Part shown: one piece after another, positions 50,687-64,000 of the stretch
Layout of the letters: every line of letters begins with the position of its first letter
Position numbering within the stretch: the first letter of the stretch is position 1
From: Camelus dromedarius
Lineage: Eukaryota
Assembly (NCBI RefSeq): GCF_036321535.1
Contig: NC_087436.1
Coordinates: forward strand, 34,970,001-35,034,000
Direction: 5' to 3'
Length of the DNA: 64,000 nt
Notes under the pieces: generated by a model
What the model saw: only the letters and a program-made list of their open reading frames with translations
Told to the model about the DNA's origin: nothing
The model's database searches: none
Program-made: the position numbers and the translations under genes

Positions 50687-53084
50687 ATTAGCCTTTATTA
50701 AGAGGGTGAGTTAGTTATCCATTTACTAAGTCTTAGTTTGATTGGGTGAGACTCATTTCTTCTTATCTTTGGGGTATATCCTTATGCCTGTACTAAAAAC
50801 AGGTCTGTATTTTCACCATCTGTATGTTGCACTTTTTTAGTCTCACCCTCTAGCAACCACAATGGCCACAAATCTTCCCCCAGAGTCTGAAAATTTTCAG
50901 ACATGTTGATGTTGATAAAGTTCTTTTAAGCTGCAGGCTTTGGCCAAGCTATAACAAATCCACTCAACTGTGGAGATTTTATATCCCACTAAGAACAAGA
51001 GAATGGGCCTCTGGGCTAAACAGCACAGAATGCCAACCACTCTATACACAATTGCTTGGGTACAAGCCAGAAAAATTGGTGGTTATGGCTCCAGTCCAGA
51101 CTCTGAGCTGTTTCCTAGAAGAGGTCACAGAGGTCAGAGGATGTTCCCTAAGGACTCTCCTGATACATAAAAACTTACGCGGAATAAGCCAGGTATAATG
51201 TTTAAGCTGGTGTCTCTAAAAACCCACATGTGTTCAAAACGTCTGGGCACTTAGCTCCATTCCTTTCTTCCTTTGGGAAACTTTCCATCCAAACAGCAGC
51301 TCTCACTCATCCGAACGTCTGAGATTATGTAACACTTTGTGTCAATGTTACTCATTCAGTATTTAATCCTATACTACCCTGCAACACCTTTATTTCAGGT
51401 GTCATCTGTTCAAGGACCTTTTGTGCCTTTTCCCCAACTATAAAATAGGACCTTTCAGATCAAAGGTCACATTTTTCCATTTCTCACCTCACCATCCATG
51501 TGCCTAATGTAGTATAACACATATATTTATTGAATAAGTGAATGTAGGTTGTGGTAAAAGGTAATGTAATTTAAGGGGGAAAAAAACCCAGCACAATGTC
51601 ATGTGACTAAACTACCAAAGAAACGTCAAAAACAATATTGAAACAATAAGTTGTTTTGTCCCTATTTGTTTACTGTACTGAACAGGGTGTGCAAAATCAA
51701 CAGGGGCCCTGCTAATGAGGAGTTGAAAATCTAGTGACAAAGAAGTATACTAAATAAATAATCATGCACAAAATGGAAAAATTAAAACTGTGATAAATGC
51801 AATGAGAGAAAGGAGTCTGAGCTATGTGAGTTACAAGTCTGTGATCTGCTCTTTGCAAAGCAGAGAATATACTGGGGAGATTAGTGAGAAAGAATCAGAA
51901 AACAACAAACAAATAGTAAAGCTATCACGAGTCTAAGTGAGAACAGTTCGAGGCGGCGGAACCAGAGAAGTGGGTGGATTCAAGAGACCTTTTAGAGGTA
52001 TCAGCTATGTTTTCCATAAAAGCAATTCTCCACTTTTTCCTTGGGAAAAAAATCTTTTTGCCAGGATTCTATGTCCTAAACTGAAGATTCCACTTTTTTG
52101 ATATATGCTACTTTAGAATGTTCGCTAATTTTATCCCCAAATGTCACCTTTCGTTTTCATTTACTGACTGCTCATTTTAAATCCATGTAAAGTTTTAAAG
52201 AAAAATAGTCAAATAAATTTATGTATATACAATTGAACTATAGTAAAATGTCACAGAGTTCCAGAAGACGCTAGACGGAGTAGGACAGGATAGGGGTAGC
52301 TCTAGCTGTCTGGCTAAACAGTCTCAAAATATCACAGTAATATCACACCTTCATAGCACAGCTGTTTGAACTGACCAGAAACTAAATTTTAAACTCTTCT
52401 CATCCTTCACAGTCCAGCTTAGAAGTCACCTCCATTGTAAAATTTTCCCTGAGTCAACTTCTAGGCAGCACAAACCCTTTCCTTCAAGACTGAACCTTCC
52501 ATCACAAAGCACACCTAAGAGTCACAGGGCTAGATCACACTGGGTCATTTCTGTGTCTGTGTCTACGTGTCTGTCTTTTTAGATTGAATATGAGCCCAAC
52601 AGGGTGAGTCACAATCAGTTCCCTTCTCTCACGGCACCAGGATACTGCTTTCCACACAGTCAGTCCTAAGTGAATGTTGGGCACTTGTTGATATTTGACA
52701 AGAGCAGTATTGTGCATCCAACTCTACCCAGGGATGGGATTCCCTGGCTATACTAATTCCGTCAACTGAGATGTTGGACAGAGGAAGAAGAATTTTTTTG
52801 TGTTATCTGCCTATATATTCCCTGAGATAAAAACGAGCATTTAGAAAAGTTTATCTACTGGTTACACTTACTCTTGTGTATGGATATTGAACTAGCGACT
52901 AGAAGGACGTGTATCTAAAATAATGCTTTATAAATTATTTGATGCAGAAATGTAAGCATTAAAAAAGGACTAGGAAAACTAGGAAAAGCTGACTCTAATA
53001 TGGGAAACTAGTGCAGATTTGTGCAAAGTTTCATTAGTCCACTTTGTACTTAACACAAAAGGCCACTGTCCTCATTTTTAACAC

Positions 53085-53280
53085 TCTAAGGTACCATATT
53101 GTAATCAGACTGCCTGAGTTGGGATCATGCACTTCACCACTGACTAGCTTAGACATTTACTTCAATTTTCCATTTTATACCAATCACACGGCTGTTGTGA
53201 CAATTAATTAAAAGTAATTCACATAAAGCACTGGTGCCAGGCATATAGTAAGCTCTCTATAAATGTTAGCTATTACTGTT
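53085..53280 (+). mobile_element. MIR SINE
   Basis: 'tcagactgcctgagttggga...cataaagcactggtgccaggcatatagtaagctctctataaatgttagctattact'. Confidence 0.8.
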
Positions 53281-55779
53281 AGAATTATAATTTAAAGGTT
53301 CACATTTAGTCATGTAGGATGTTCAATGTGCTTATTGGTAGATTATGTGAACACAGGACCCAGAAAGCCTCATGAAGCTGATTTTAAAAACCTAAATTAC
53401 AGAAAATAAAAATGGCAAAAATCCTAGCAAATATTTTCTCTTTATTTTATGCTGCAGCTTCATGTTCTTTTAAGTTTTGTTTTAAATTCACAGTACATAA
53501 GATTTAAAATTTTCCACAGTGGGTAGGGGCTAAGTTACGGTGCCTCCTTAGGTTAGAAATAACCAAGTGAATATTGAAGGATTGGGAGAAACATAATAGA
53601 GAGCCATGTCTGTGAGGAATATATCAAACTGCCATTCCCAGGAGACCCTTGTTCATTCATTCATCCAAACAAGTGTTTTGCAAAAAGCAGACAATTAGTG
53701 AGGCAAGATAAAGAAGTGATTGTCCATGAGAATAATTTTCAAAGGTTCTGAAAGGAAGTAAACAGTAAATCTCTCCATGAAGGACTGCTTGCACTAAGAA
53801 ATCTTTGCTCCAAATTGCAAAGTTAGGAAGTATTCTGAGATAAGAGATCTATATTCAAGCTTCCTACTAGACCAGCTCTTTGCCAGTCAATAGGTGGTCC
53901 TGAAATAAAACCCCTATACATCATGATCAGAATAGCCAGAAAACATTGCTGACGGGACCTGATGTGTCAAGAAAAAAACATAGCAGGAAGCAAAGAAAAA
54001 TAACAAAACATGAAAGAGGCAGGAAATAGAAGAAAACAAGGGGAATTCCTCCATGAAATAGATTAAATTTTTGACTGCACATTCTCTGTGAAATTAAAGG
54101 AGCTACTTCCTCTTTGAAATAAAGCTCAAAGAGAAGATACAAACATTCAAAGACAAGCTGATACTGTATATAGAAGAAAATAAATATTGGAGCAGATTCT
54201 GTTAGAAAAAATAAATTGTGCCCAGTAGAGGTTGCAAAGTGGTGACATTCAGGTGGTGATGACAAACTCTCTTAGTGAAAGGTGATTTCGACAAAAGAAG
54301 AGGAAAGAAATGGAAGAGGCCACGTGGCAGCTGACCAGATGTGCTGGAGAGCATGTAAGAGTCATGCTCTGGTACTTCTCAAAATTAATTGTTGAGATTC
54401 TGACCTGAGTTGATGTCCTGTATTGGTAGTCCATGATAAGAAGCAGCTGAATTATGTTCACATGAAGTAATCCCTGGCCAATATAACTCTTTCGTTTGAA
54501 AGAGACATCCTAGAATTAAAAAAACAAGACTGTAGCAGAATATAGAATATTATATGTTGGCCTTATTAATTTTTTATCACTTAAATTTTTATTTTCGAAG
54601 CACAGTCCCATAGGGGCTGGATTGAAATCTCCAAACCCAGCATAACACATCTCAGATTCAGGTAGGAAGTGCACAGCTCTTTAGAGTCTTGGTGAGGTTT
54701 TAGTTATTGCCTTACATGGATAAAAATGGTCCTGGGAATACAGTCAGGAAAGAGCTGCTTCCTAGATGTCAGAGTGAAGCTTTAATTAGAAGTATTCACT
54801 GCAGACTCCTTGCTTCCTATCCTCCCATACAGAGGAAACACAACATTTGTTCAGTATTCGTATTTCTTGGAGAAAAGCAAAGATTAGGAGTTTCTCCTAG
54901 TTCAACAGAAAAGATAATAAGGAGCCAAAGACAGTGACTGGCAAAAATTCAAATGAGTGGGAAGTTATGTTAAGAGATACAGTGAGAGGATGTTAAACTA
55001 AGGAGAAATGTCAGTTGTGTTTATTTTTTAACAACTGAGGTAGCACTTTAAGAGAATGAAACATTTCCAGTTATTTAAATGTCTTTTGTCCATAACCTCC
55101 TTCACCACAGGGGTTATAAACTCTAGTCCCTTTCAAGTTCAAATACTTTTGATCTCTTGACTTCACTGTTTATTGAGTTGTGTCTTTGAGAAAAGACCAG
55201 AGAATTTTGAAATTCCACAGTGATATACCTAGGTGATACAGTTACATCGGTATTTACTCATGCAGAAGGTTGGTTGTTAGAATCCAGGAAACCAGGTGCC
55301 AAGTTCTGGCATTTGCCTATAGAACAACCAGGTTCATACTAAAAGACTTAATTCCTATAACCTTAAGATGTGACTCTCAATCAAATGCATCCAAAAATCT
55401 CAATTTTGAAGTTTTGACTTGGGTGAATATGCTTGAATGTAGGTGAAGATGGTATTTAAGAAATGTATATAGTTTTACTATCTCAAGTAGTCTTCAACTT
55501 TTTGAGTATTTCAGGGTTGCAGAATATATCCCATGTGAAAGGGCGGCCATGACTTTGAATTCCATGACTCCAAGCCAAATTTTACAAAAGACCCTCATTA
55601 GCTCACTGCTCTCTGTGGTACTCATCACGTCTCCTTGGCAATTTACATTTCAAAGGGACACAAAGGACCACTGAGTCTGCTCAGCACATGGGCAAACTCT
55701 CCTGGAGAAAGATGGCGAAAAGTCATGCATCAGCCAATGCTGCATGAATACGCATATCCCCTCACACTCGGTCCATTCC

Positions 55780-56450
55780 TAAATATCCCCATTAGTATTT
55801 CTCTTTCTATGAACTAGTTGTCTATATCCTTTGCCAATTTTTCTGTTAGAGGAGTCCATATTTTCCTTACTTATTTTTAGAAATACCTGATTTTTATATA
55901 TTGTAAGATGCTTTTTCTGTCATATCAGTTGAAAGTATTTGTATTTTCCTAGTTTGTTGCCTGTGTTTCTACTTTGCTTATAATTATTCTACATAGAAGG
56001 TACTGATGTTTATGTAATAAAATCTATGTTTTTTCTTAATCATTTTCCTTTCTGACTTTTATACTATGTCTAGAGAGTCTCCTCTTATCCTCAAGAAGGT
56101 AAACAAAACAGCCTTCATTTTAGTTCCTTCTACTTAGTTTACTACTTTTTAATGAGTGTTACTGTGGAATAGTTAAAAGCATTGACTTACACAGATTTGA
56201 ATTCTCCTCTACAATTGTAAGCTGTGTGAATTTAAGCACATTATTTTATGTCAAAACTGGGGAAGAGAATTTCTACCTCTTGTTGTCTTGTGAGAGTATT
56301 ACAGGGGAGATTATCTGTGCAGTACTCGGCATTGAGTATTGTGATGTACCGGCATAAGTCCTCTATAGAGAGATATTTTTACTATTTCTATCTCTTATAC
56401 TTAAATATTTGATTTACCTAGGATATATTTTTCCATAAGAAATCAGAAAC
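55780..56450 (-). mobile_element. Old L1ME-like antisense fragment with a MIR (about 56160-56390) inserted
   Basis: 'ttctatgaactagttgtctatatcctttgccaatttttctgtt' is L1-like. 'aagctgtgtgaatttaagcacattattt' is MIR-like. Confidence 0.6.
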
Positions 56451-58413
56451 AACTTTCTAAAGTAAAGATTTTTCTTGTCACAGATCTTTCTGATAACACC
56501 CTATGTTCTTCAGACTTGAGTCTTGATTTCTTACTTTGTCACTATCAGTCCTTAAAATCTTGCTTCAGCATTAACGCCTGGCTCAAGTCTCCTGCTGCTC
56601 CTTACCCTCATTCTATTCTCTCATTACACAGATCTATTTACTTTTGCTAAGCAGGACTCACATGTCGACATTTTTGTACTTTCCCCCAATCATGGTTCCC
56701 CCTGGAATCCCCCCTTCTTTCCCCTGGACATGCTAAAACAATCCCTAGAGGCCCAGATGGAGAACTGTCTTCTTGATGGAGAATTCCATTGTCCCTCCTC
56801 CCCAAACGAACTGCTTTCTTCTTTGACTCTCATGGGAGGTTTGGCCCTCTCTAAGCACTTATAGTCCACATGGGTAGTGCTACCCTTCACTAGCTCATGA
56901 ATACCGTGTGGGAAAATATTCTGTCATAGTTTTCGAACTTGCCCACCCAGGATCTGACACACAGAGTGAGAATTAAAAATATCTGTTGACTACAAAATAC
57001 AATATACAAGTTTTATCCTATTCATACACACTAATCACAATACTCACTTGGAAATAGCTCTGTCTATAAAACATAGTGTACATATGTGTGTACAATTACA
57101 TATGTATATAATTTTATGTAAGTATTTTCTTATTACACATGAAACTTCAAGAGGTTACATTTATCAATTGGTTGCCTCAATCATGAAATGCATTTTTTGG
57201 CAATTTCATTACATGTTTAAGGCTTCAGAATGTCAAAAGGCTTAACACTTTCAGAAACAGGTGCATTTTGTGGAAAATATAAGTTAGCAAAAGTTTTAAG
57301 ATACACAGAAAATAAATGCTGTCCTAGAGACCTGGGATTCTAGAATGGCTGGCTTTGTATTCATATTACTGTGCCATTTCCATTATTGTACATTGAGATC
57401 TAAGATGAACTATAACTGGTCTACAGAGAATCTAGTTAAATTAATATTTAAGAACACCACTCTGTGCCCAGACACTGCCATACAGATCACCATTTTTCAG
57501 ACTATACTCCCTGAAATGCTTGTCCTAGCTGTTAAAAGATTCTCCTCAAATAAAGGAATTTATTGGCACAATAAAATTGGGGTACAGCACATAGTGATTC
57601 TCCTCTGAGACAGTCATGATCTCTTGAACACATAATTTTTAACCCATCGTTTTTCAAATTTATTTCAAAATTCAACTTTATTTTTCTAGCACATACATAA
57701 AAGCCAGATTGAGAAACCCTGACCAAAGATTATTTCCTTTAATCTTTACTCTTTACAATTTTGTTAGAAGGTTCTGTTTTACAAATGAGGAAATGCAAGG
57801 TTTGACAAATGTCACCAGCTGTGAGAAGATAAAATCCAGGTCTCCTCATCCTGATGCCAAGATTCTTTATACTTCAGTCACCAGGAGATGACTTAAACCA
57901 CTGAGGCAATTTTCTTATCTAAGAAAACAGGATATTGCTCTGGAAATTATCAAACATATTTTTTTAGGCTTTTATCCCCCCAGAATACCCCCCACCCCCC
58001 AGCATCACCACCACCTTTCTATATTATCATTCTCCCAAGATCATGCTAGAGTCCAGTGTTCTCCATGAGGTCCTACTATGACAATTTCATCTTCTCATCC
58101 CAAATCCTGAGTTACTGAACAGTGCCTATGTTGTTACGTAACTGTTTCCTGTGTGCCTGCCCTATTTCTCTAACATCAGAGAGTTAATCTTTTATTTACC
58201 TATTGTCAGTATTAAACATTCTATATAGTACTTGTTGAATGAATGAATAAATGAATTCATAAATAAATGGCTAAGCAGATGATAAAATTGTATACACATT
58301 ATATGGACATAATGTTCTCAATACAGATCAGTTTAATACACCAATTCTTAATATTCTTACATAGTGGGGAGAGAGCGGCAAACTGGGAGGGAACATGGGC
58401 TTTTTCACTAGTT

Positions 58414-58600
58414 CAGTGACTCTCAAACTTTCGTATTCATCAGAATTGCCTGGAGAGCTTGTTAAACCACAGATGGTGAAGCCCCACTCAAAGTTTCTAA
58501 CTCAGTGGGTCTGGGATGGGGCCTGCGAATTTTCATTGCTGCCAAATCTCCAGGTGATGCCAGTGCTGCTGGTCCAAAGTCCATTTTTGAGACAAACCAA
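58414..58600. mobile_element. MER5A hAT MITE nested in a MIR
   Basis: 'cagtgactctcaaactttcgtattcatcagaattgcctggagagcttgttaaaccacagatg...cagtgggtctgggatggggcctg...ccaggtgatgccagtgctgctggtcc'. Confidence 0.9.
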
Positions 58601-61189
58601 GCAAGGATAAATTTTATGAGTTCAGCTACTGGCTTTGCTATTTTCAACTGTGTGATTGAGCAAGGTTCTTAAATACTTAGGGTTAGTTTCATTATTTAAA
58701 AAATTAGCTTAATATACTTAAGTTGCATACTTATGATGACATAATATATCAGAGACAGTCAGACACATAAAGTCATTAACACATATTGGACCGCTTCCTT
58801 TCCACCCTTCTGGCTGAGAGTGCTTCATACTTCAGGCCCTCCTTTTCCTTGTCTCCATCAGTCCTAGAAAGTTATACTACACTATTCTTTCATAAATGTG
58901 CTTAAATCCAACAGCATATTCCTTGGAACCAAGATACTGGGGAGCAGAGGCAATAACACAGACCTCATGCACAGAATTCATTACTCACGGCCAATGGCAG
59001 TTCTTGGTTCAGACTATAGTCGGTTCCAGTTACAAATATTCGTTGCTCAAGTACAGGCTCCTGCTTCAAAACAACTCAGACACTGACTGCTTTCTGTTTT
59101 ATCTCCTCATGTAGCAGTGATAGCGCTTAAAGTTATCCCCAATCTGATGCCATTCTGTCTCACTCCGTCAAAAGGCACAAAGGAGCCCTATCTTTGCTTT
59201 ATTATGGCATCCTTTCAACAGACCCTTTGCTTGTGAGAGAACAGAGCTGAGCTTGAATAATTCTGCCTAACTTAGGAACTTGACCAACAGCAAAATAAAT
59301 TGTAAAAGCGGGGAAGACAGTAGTTAAAAAATTCTCTGGTGAGAGATTTCTCCTAATTTTAAGTGGTTGGATTACAATGATTATGTACCTGCCTTCAGGC
59401 TTGTATTGTCATAATGGTCTCCCTTAAAGTTTTTTTTTTTTTTAAAACAACCTATTTTGTTGGGCTATTTTACTGTCTAAATTATTACACGAATTACATA
59501 TTTTTGACTCATTCTCTCCTGACACTTGAAGACTACATTGTCCCTGTTCCCATTTGGGTTCTGAGGCTGACCCTAGATCTGAGTCACCACCCTGCCTCAT
59601 AAAGGTCAACCCCTTTACATTATATAAATCCACAAAAGGCCGGCACTGGGGATGTCTATAAGAACCAACTGGCACTGACTGGCACCGAGTCTTCCAGGCT
59701 CCCTCAGGAGGGATCAGAAAAGTGGCAGAACGTACTTGGGGCTCCTGACATGCAGTACAGAGAGTTTCTGAAGGTCGAGTGTGACCTCCTACTGCTCCTG
59801 GAGAGATATTTAGCCCCATGTTTGGGAAAATGAATTACTCCCACTTGGTCTAACTTTCTGAGAATTTTTCTCCTCAGGTTTCTGGCAATTCTATCCACAG
59901 TCATCAGCATGACAACTGGGTTGAATAAGTCTGAAACACTGTCAGTGATAGATGAGTGGGCTTGTGTTTTGGTGACTTTGCTTTCTTCACTTTGGCATAC
60001 AGCTTCTTTTCATTCAAGAGGTAAAACAAACCATGGAGAACATGAAGAGAAAAACCCTTTGTATCTCATCTGACACCAGATGGATCACCCTCGCCCCTGC
60101 CAGCAGCACGCTTGGTAGAATATGAGAAAGGGGAACGGGGATCGCCCAGACCTTTTCCTCCGCTGCAAGGCAGCCCATGATTCTTAGAGGACATCATAAA
60201 GTCGTCTACATCGGTCCACTCCAGATAAATGCTCTCTGATTTCAACTGAGCCTTTTGGCTGCTGAACAATCATTTGAATCATCACTTTGTTGAATCATAA
60301 TTGCATTTGCTATCACAGTTATTTCAAATTGTCTTCATTCTTCATATTTAGAAGCTTCACCCAACACTTTCTAAATCAGTGCATCATTCTCCTTGTAAGT
60401 TATCCAGAATATCAAGACTATCTGACGGCAGTTTCCTTCCCCTGCTCCTATACTTTGGGTCTTACTGTCTCTTTCTGCAAACTTAACACACGTCTGAGGA
60501 AAGGGTTCCCGTCTCCTTTGCCAAGGCTGTGTGTGTGCTCAGTCTCACCCTCTCACACTTCCTCTGACTGACTAGCTGTTTCCTCATTTTGCTTTCTCCT
60601 CCTTTTTGACTCTAAAAATTTCTACACACTGGTGAGCATATATGACTATTAGTCTTAAAACAACTTTCTGATAATTTATCTTTCTCTTTCAAGCTCTTAT
60701 CCAGTCTCTCTGCTTCCTTCCACACCTAATGTTGGCCCTCAGTCTAGCTTCTGTCCCAACCACAGTTTTATAACTGCCATGTGTGTCAGTCTTCCCACAT
60801 TCTCTGTTGCACCAAACAAGGTGAGCTCCTTGATTGTTGTTTTCTAAAAAAATAGTTTCTTTGATATTTGTGGCATCCATGATGTTTCCAAATTTTTAAT
60901 CCCTCTTCTTTTGTGTCCTTAATTGACTCATTTAACATTCCATTTCCTAAATATGGTCTTTATTTTACTTTTAAAATCCATATATATGTATATATAATTT
61001 AAGTATAGTCAGTTTACAATGTTGTGCTCTTTTTTTCTTTTAAAAAGTTTTTTAAAGGAGTCCAACTACATCACGAGTTGGTAACTGATAAAGGACACAC
61101 CATCTAATTAGGCTTAGAGGATATATGAGTCCCAGGACCATATTTCCTAAGATTCTGTGCTAAAAACCTATTTTTTGCTTTTCTGTACT

Positions 61190-62199
61190 TTCTCCTTTAG
61201 TGAGCCCATTTATTCTCATGGGTTGAACCATTTCCACTGGACAAATCACAGGGTATCTCTCTGGGCCTCCTTTCTGTCTAAACGCATACCTCATTATCTT
61301 CTCAAACTCAAAATATTATAAAATAAATGAAATCCCTTTTTAAAATCAACCTGCCCTCCTGGTTTCCTGTTTTGATCACACAGCACTTTCTCTGTTTACG
61401 TTGTCATTCCCCTACTAGACAGTAAGTGCCATGGGGACTGGTTTACTCATCCTTCTCTCCTAACAACTGACCAAGCTGGCACACAGTCACCATTGTATAA
61501 ATGTGTGCCAAACTAATGAACAGGAGAATGAATGGATGGATCCTGGTTATCCAGGCTTGAAAAATTCAGTCATTTGACTCTTACTCCCATTATCTCACTA
61601 ACCAATATCGTGATCACGTCTCTTAGGTTTACTTTTACAGCATCGGTTCTCTCTGGACTCTCTACTCCTACTGCAGTTACTCTGGTGGTTTAAATTCTTC
61701 TCACTTGGCCTCTGGTCTTAGCCTCCTAATCGGTCTTTTCAATGGCCAGAAGCAGTTTCTCCCTCCTCTCAGGTCCTTCCATACATTTAGGGTACTTATT
61801 ACTTGTATTGGGCAGCTCAGCCAAAGTGTACGCTTTGTAACATCTCTCTGAATTGCACTCTCATTAAAGCAGAAGGTTTATCATGTCATACTTTTTATCT
61901 TTCACAGCATTTATTGTAGATGACTTTATTATTAAAATAATTGGTAAACAAATAGATGGAATGAGTAAATACCACAATTAGAGTAAACTTCTGAAAGCAC
62001 AACTCTTGCCCGATCACTTCCCTACGGTTGAAACCCTTATTTAATGGCTCCTCATTGCATATTAAATTAAGTTTAAATCCCTCAATTGAGGATTTAACTT
62101 CTACCCTACTATGTCTTCTCTCCACCCATAACATAATCTAAAACCACCTTGCCAAGGTTGTACCTCTTTCCTTTCTTACATATCCTGTATTCTGAACAC
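61190..62199 (+). mobile_element. L2 fragments (nested)
   Basis: 'tgagcccatttattctcatgggttgaacc', 'ctactagacagtaagtgccatgggg...tgaatggatgg', 'atggctcctcattgcatattaaattaagtttaaatccctc'. Confidence 0.65.
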
Positions 62200-62698
62200 T
62201 GTAGGAGAAGTAAAACTTTACCTCTACCCTTCTTGGGCTTTTAGCTGGGATCTTTAACAAAAAGACAGATTAACAGGAGAAAAACAGGCAGTTTATGAAT
62301 GTTTGCTGTGCACATGGGAGAAATATTGCCAAAAGTAAACTCAGAGTGATGGCTAGAACTCTGGCTTTCTATAGCATCTTCAGCAAAGAACAATACACTT
62401 GTAGAGAAATGACAGGAGAAAGAAAAGCAGTTTTACTCTTCCAAGGGCGGCATCTGTAGGAAGGTGAATATATCGGAGGAGTCTAATGTAGTAAGGTTTG
62501 TTTGCAAATCACTTTGGTGCTTCTGGGCTGTTAAAAATCTATCTCCAGTAAGAGGAGAATTTATATCCTGCCTCTAGGCAGAAAAGGGAGAGAGTAGAGA
62601 GAGTTTTGCTGCATTTGCTGCTTCTTAATTGCCTTCAGCTCAAAACAATTATTTATGTCAGAGGAATATTTTAAGGTCACATATTGTGATTCCCTTCA
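62200..62698 (-). mobile_element. ERV1 solo LTR, MER34/MER39-like
   Basis: Minus strand begins TGAAGGGAATCACAATATGTGACC...TTTTGAGCTGAAGGCAATTAAGAAGCAGCAAATGCAG, typical of the MER34A 5' end, and ends ...CTACA. Confidence 0.8.
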
Positions 62699-64000
62699 CC
62701 ATTCTGGTTTGCTTGACTAATTATCATCCTCATTTTGTACAGGTTGTTCTCTCCAGAAGCATTTCCCATCTTGTTTCTGCCTATTCAAATCGTATCTATT
62801 CTTCAAGACCTGTTTCCAAGAAGTCAGCATGTTGGAAGCAAAGGTGAAACACATGAGAGTGATAAGATAGAAGACAATAAAGAAACTGGGGGCCTTTTGT
62901 CTGTGGATTTATCTTTCACTAAATCTCTGCCTGACTATGTGTTCTACTATTCAAAATTCCCCTCACTGTTCTGCTCTTTATTGTGGACCCATGACTGGCA
63001 TTTAGCATAGGTTGTGTTTAAAATAGTCTAGACTAGTCCAAATTCTCTAGTCTGTATCATAGCATATGAATCTAATTTCCTCCAGCATCAAGATGGTCAC
63101 AATTTTGCACGTTTGACTGGCAAGTATATGACAAAATAAAGCACGTGGCAATGGATGAATAAGTTAGCATTGGAAGAATATGACAGGCAACTGGAAATTT
63201 TTCTCTCATAATATTTTGTTTAACTTTCTTCCCCTTATGATTTCTTAATTTTCTTCATTACCTTTAATATCTTTATTCACTGGTGCTGGCAGCAGATTGA
63301 ATCATATTGATCAATTTTAATCTCATAAATAAAATTTTATATAACTATAGGCAGCATCATTTGCTTCTAGGTTGAGAGAGAAACCTAGGGCACTGTCTAA
63401 GCAGCACAGATTCTGGTCTCATCGGATGCAGCCTCAGAGTCAGCTGGAAGCCTTCTACCGCATCAGTCACTAGTTATTACTGAGTGACCACCCAAGCATG
63501 GCCCTAGGCTGCACAAAGCCAGTCACAAAGATGTAGCCCTTGTTTAGGTGCTTACAATCTGCAACTTTAATTCACAGTCCTTTTCTTAGGATCTGCCAAG
63601 ATCAAAAGTTCTGCCTGCCAGTTCTCTATGTAGGAAACCATTAATTAACACCTCTTCACAAACAGAGCTAACTCTGATTTTCCTTCTGCTTCATTCATTC
63701 TTTTGTCTTATTATCCCCCTGGCACAAACAGGTAGGATCAAAAGCTGCACCAGATAGTTAACATCACTACCACCCTTAAGTCCGCCCTGGTATTTATGTC
63801 TCTGCCTACCAGACAAGGGTTTCCTTCCCACCTTACCCAAGAGTATAGTCTATTGTGTATCAGAGCTACAAGGATGCAAGCTGACACTCTGGATAGGATG
63901 CTAAACAATGTCAGGGAAATACTAAAAAGCATCCTACTGAGAAAATCATCTGCTTACTAAAGATTAGAACCACACAGGCAAGCCAAACACGCCCAAGTAG

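Noticed and set aside
53930..54240. A-rich segment resembling a HAL1/L1 ORF1 remnant, with a 112-aa minus-strand ORF
   Set aside because: Too decayed to assign by eye. The ORF is the F/L-rich antisense of A-rich sequence.
59442..60269. Processed pseudogene from clustered minus-strand ORFs
   Set aside because: No recognisable protein similarity, poly-A tail or TSDs.
1..64000. A novel multi-gene system, CRISPR array or known miRNA/snoRNA
   Set aside because: No long ORFs, no repeat-spacer array and no mature small-RNA sequence I recognise. An Rfam/miRBase search would be needed to exclude small RNAs formally.

Overview
AT-rich, repeat-dense mammalian intronic or intergenic DNA, most likely camelid (Camelus/Vicugna/Lama), judged from a vic-1-type tRNA-derived SINE with perfect 16-bp TSDs and artiodactyl-type L1 3' ends. 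I recognise no protein-coding gene, RNA gene or CRISPR array. The supplied ORFs are short and look like chance or repeat-derived frames. Much of the window is transposon fossils: L1, L2, CR1/L3, MIR, MaLR solo LTRs (MLT1A/C/J-like), a MER34-like ERV1 LTR and hAT/Tigger DNA elements, plus microsatellites. Repeat family names come from recalled consensus sequences, not a database search, and most boundaries are approximate. The most notable unexplained structure is a 44-bp, 43/44-identical copy of part of an ancient LTR inserted 1.8 kb away, consistent with a local templated insertion. There are also a few motif-dense candidate enhancers and weak candidate small exons. I found no convincing evidence of a novel biological system.
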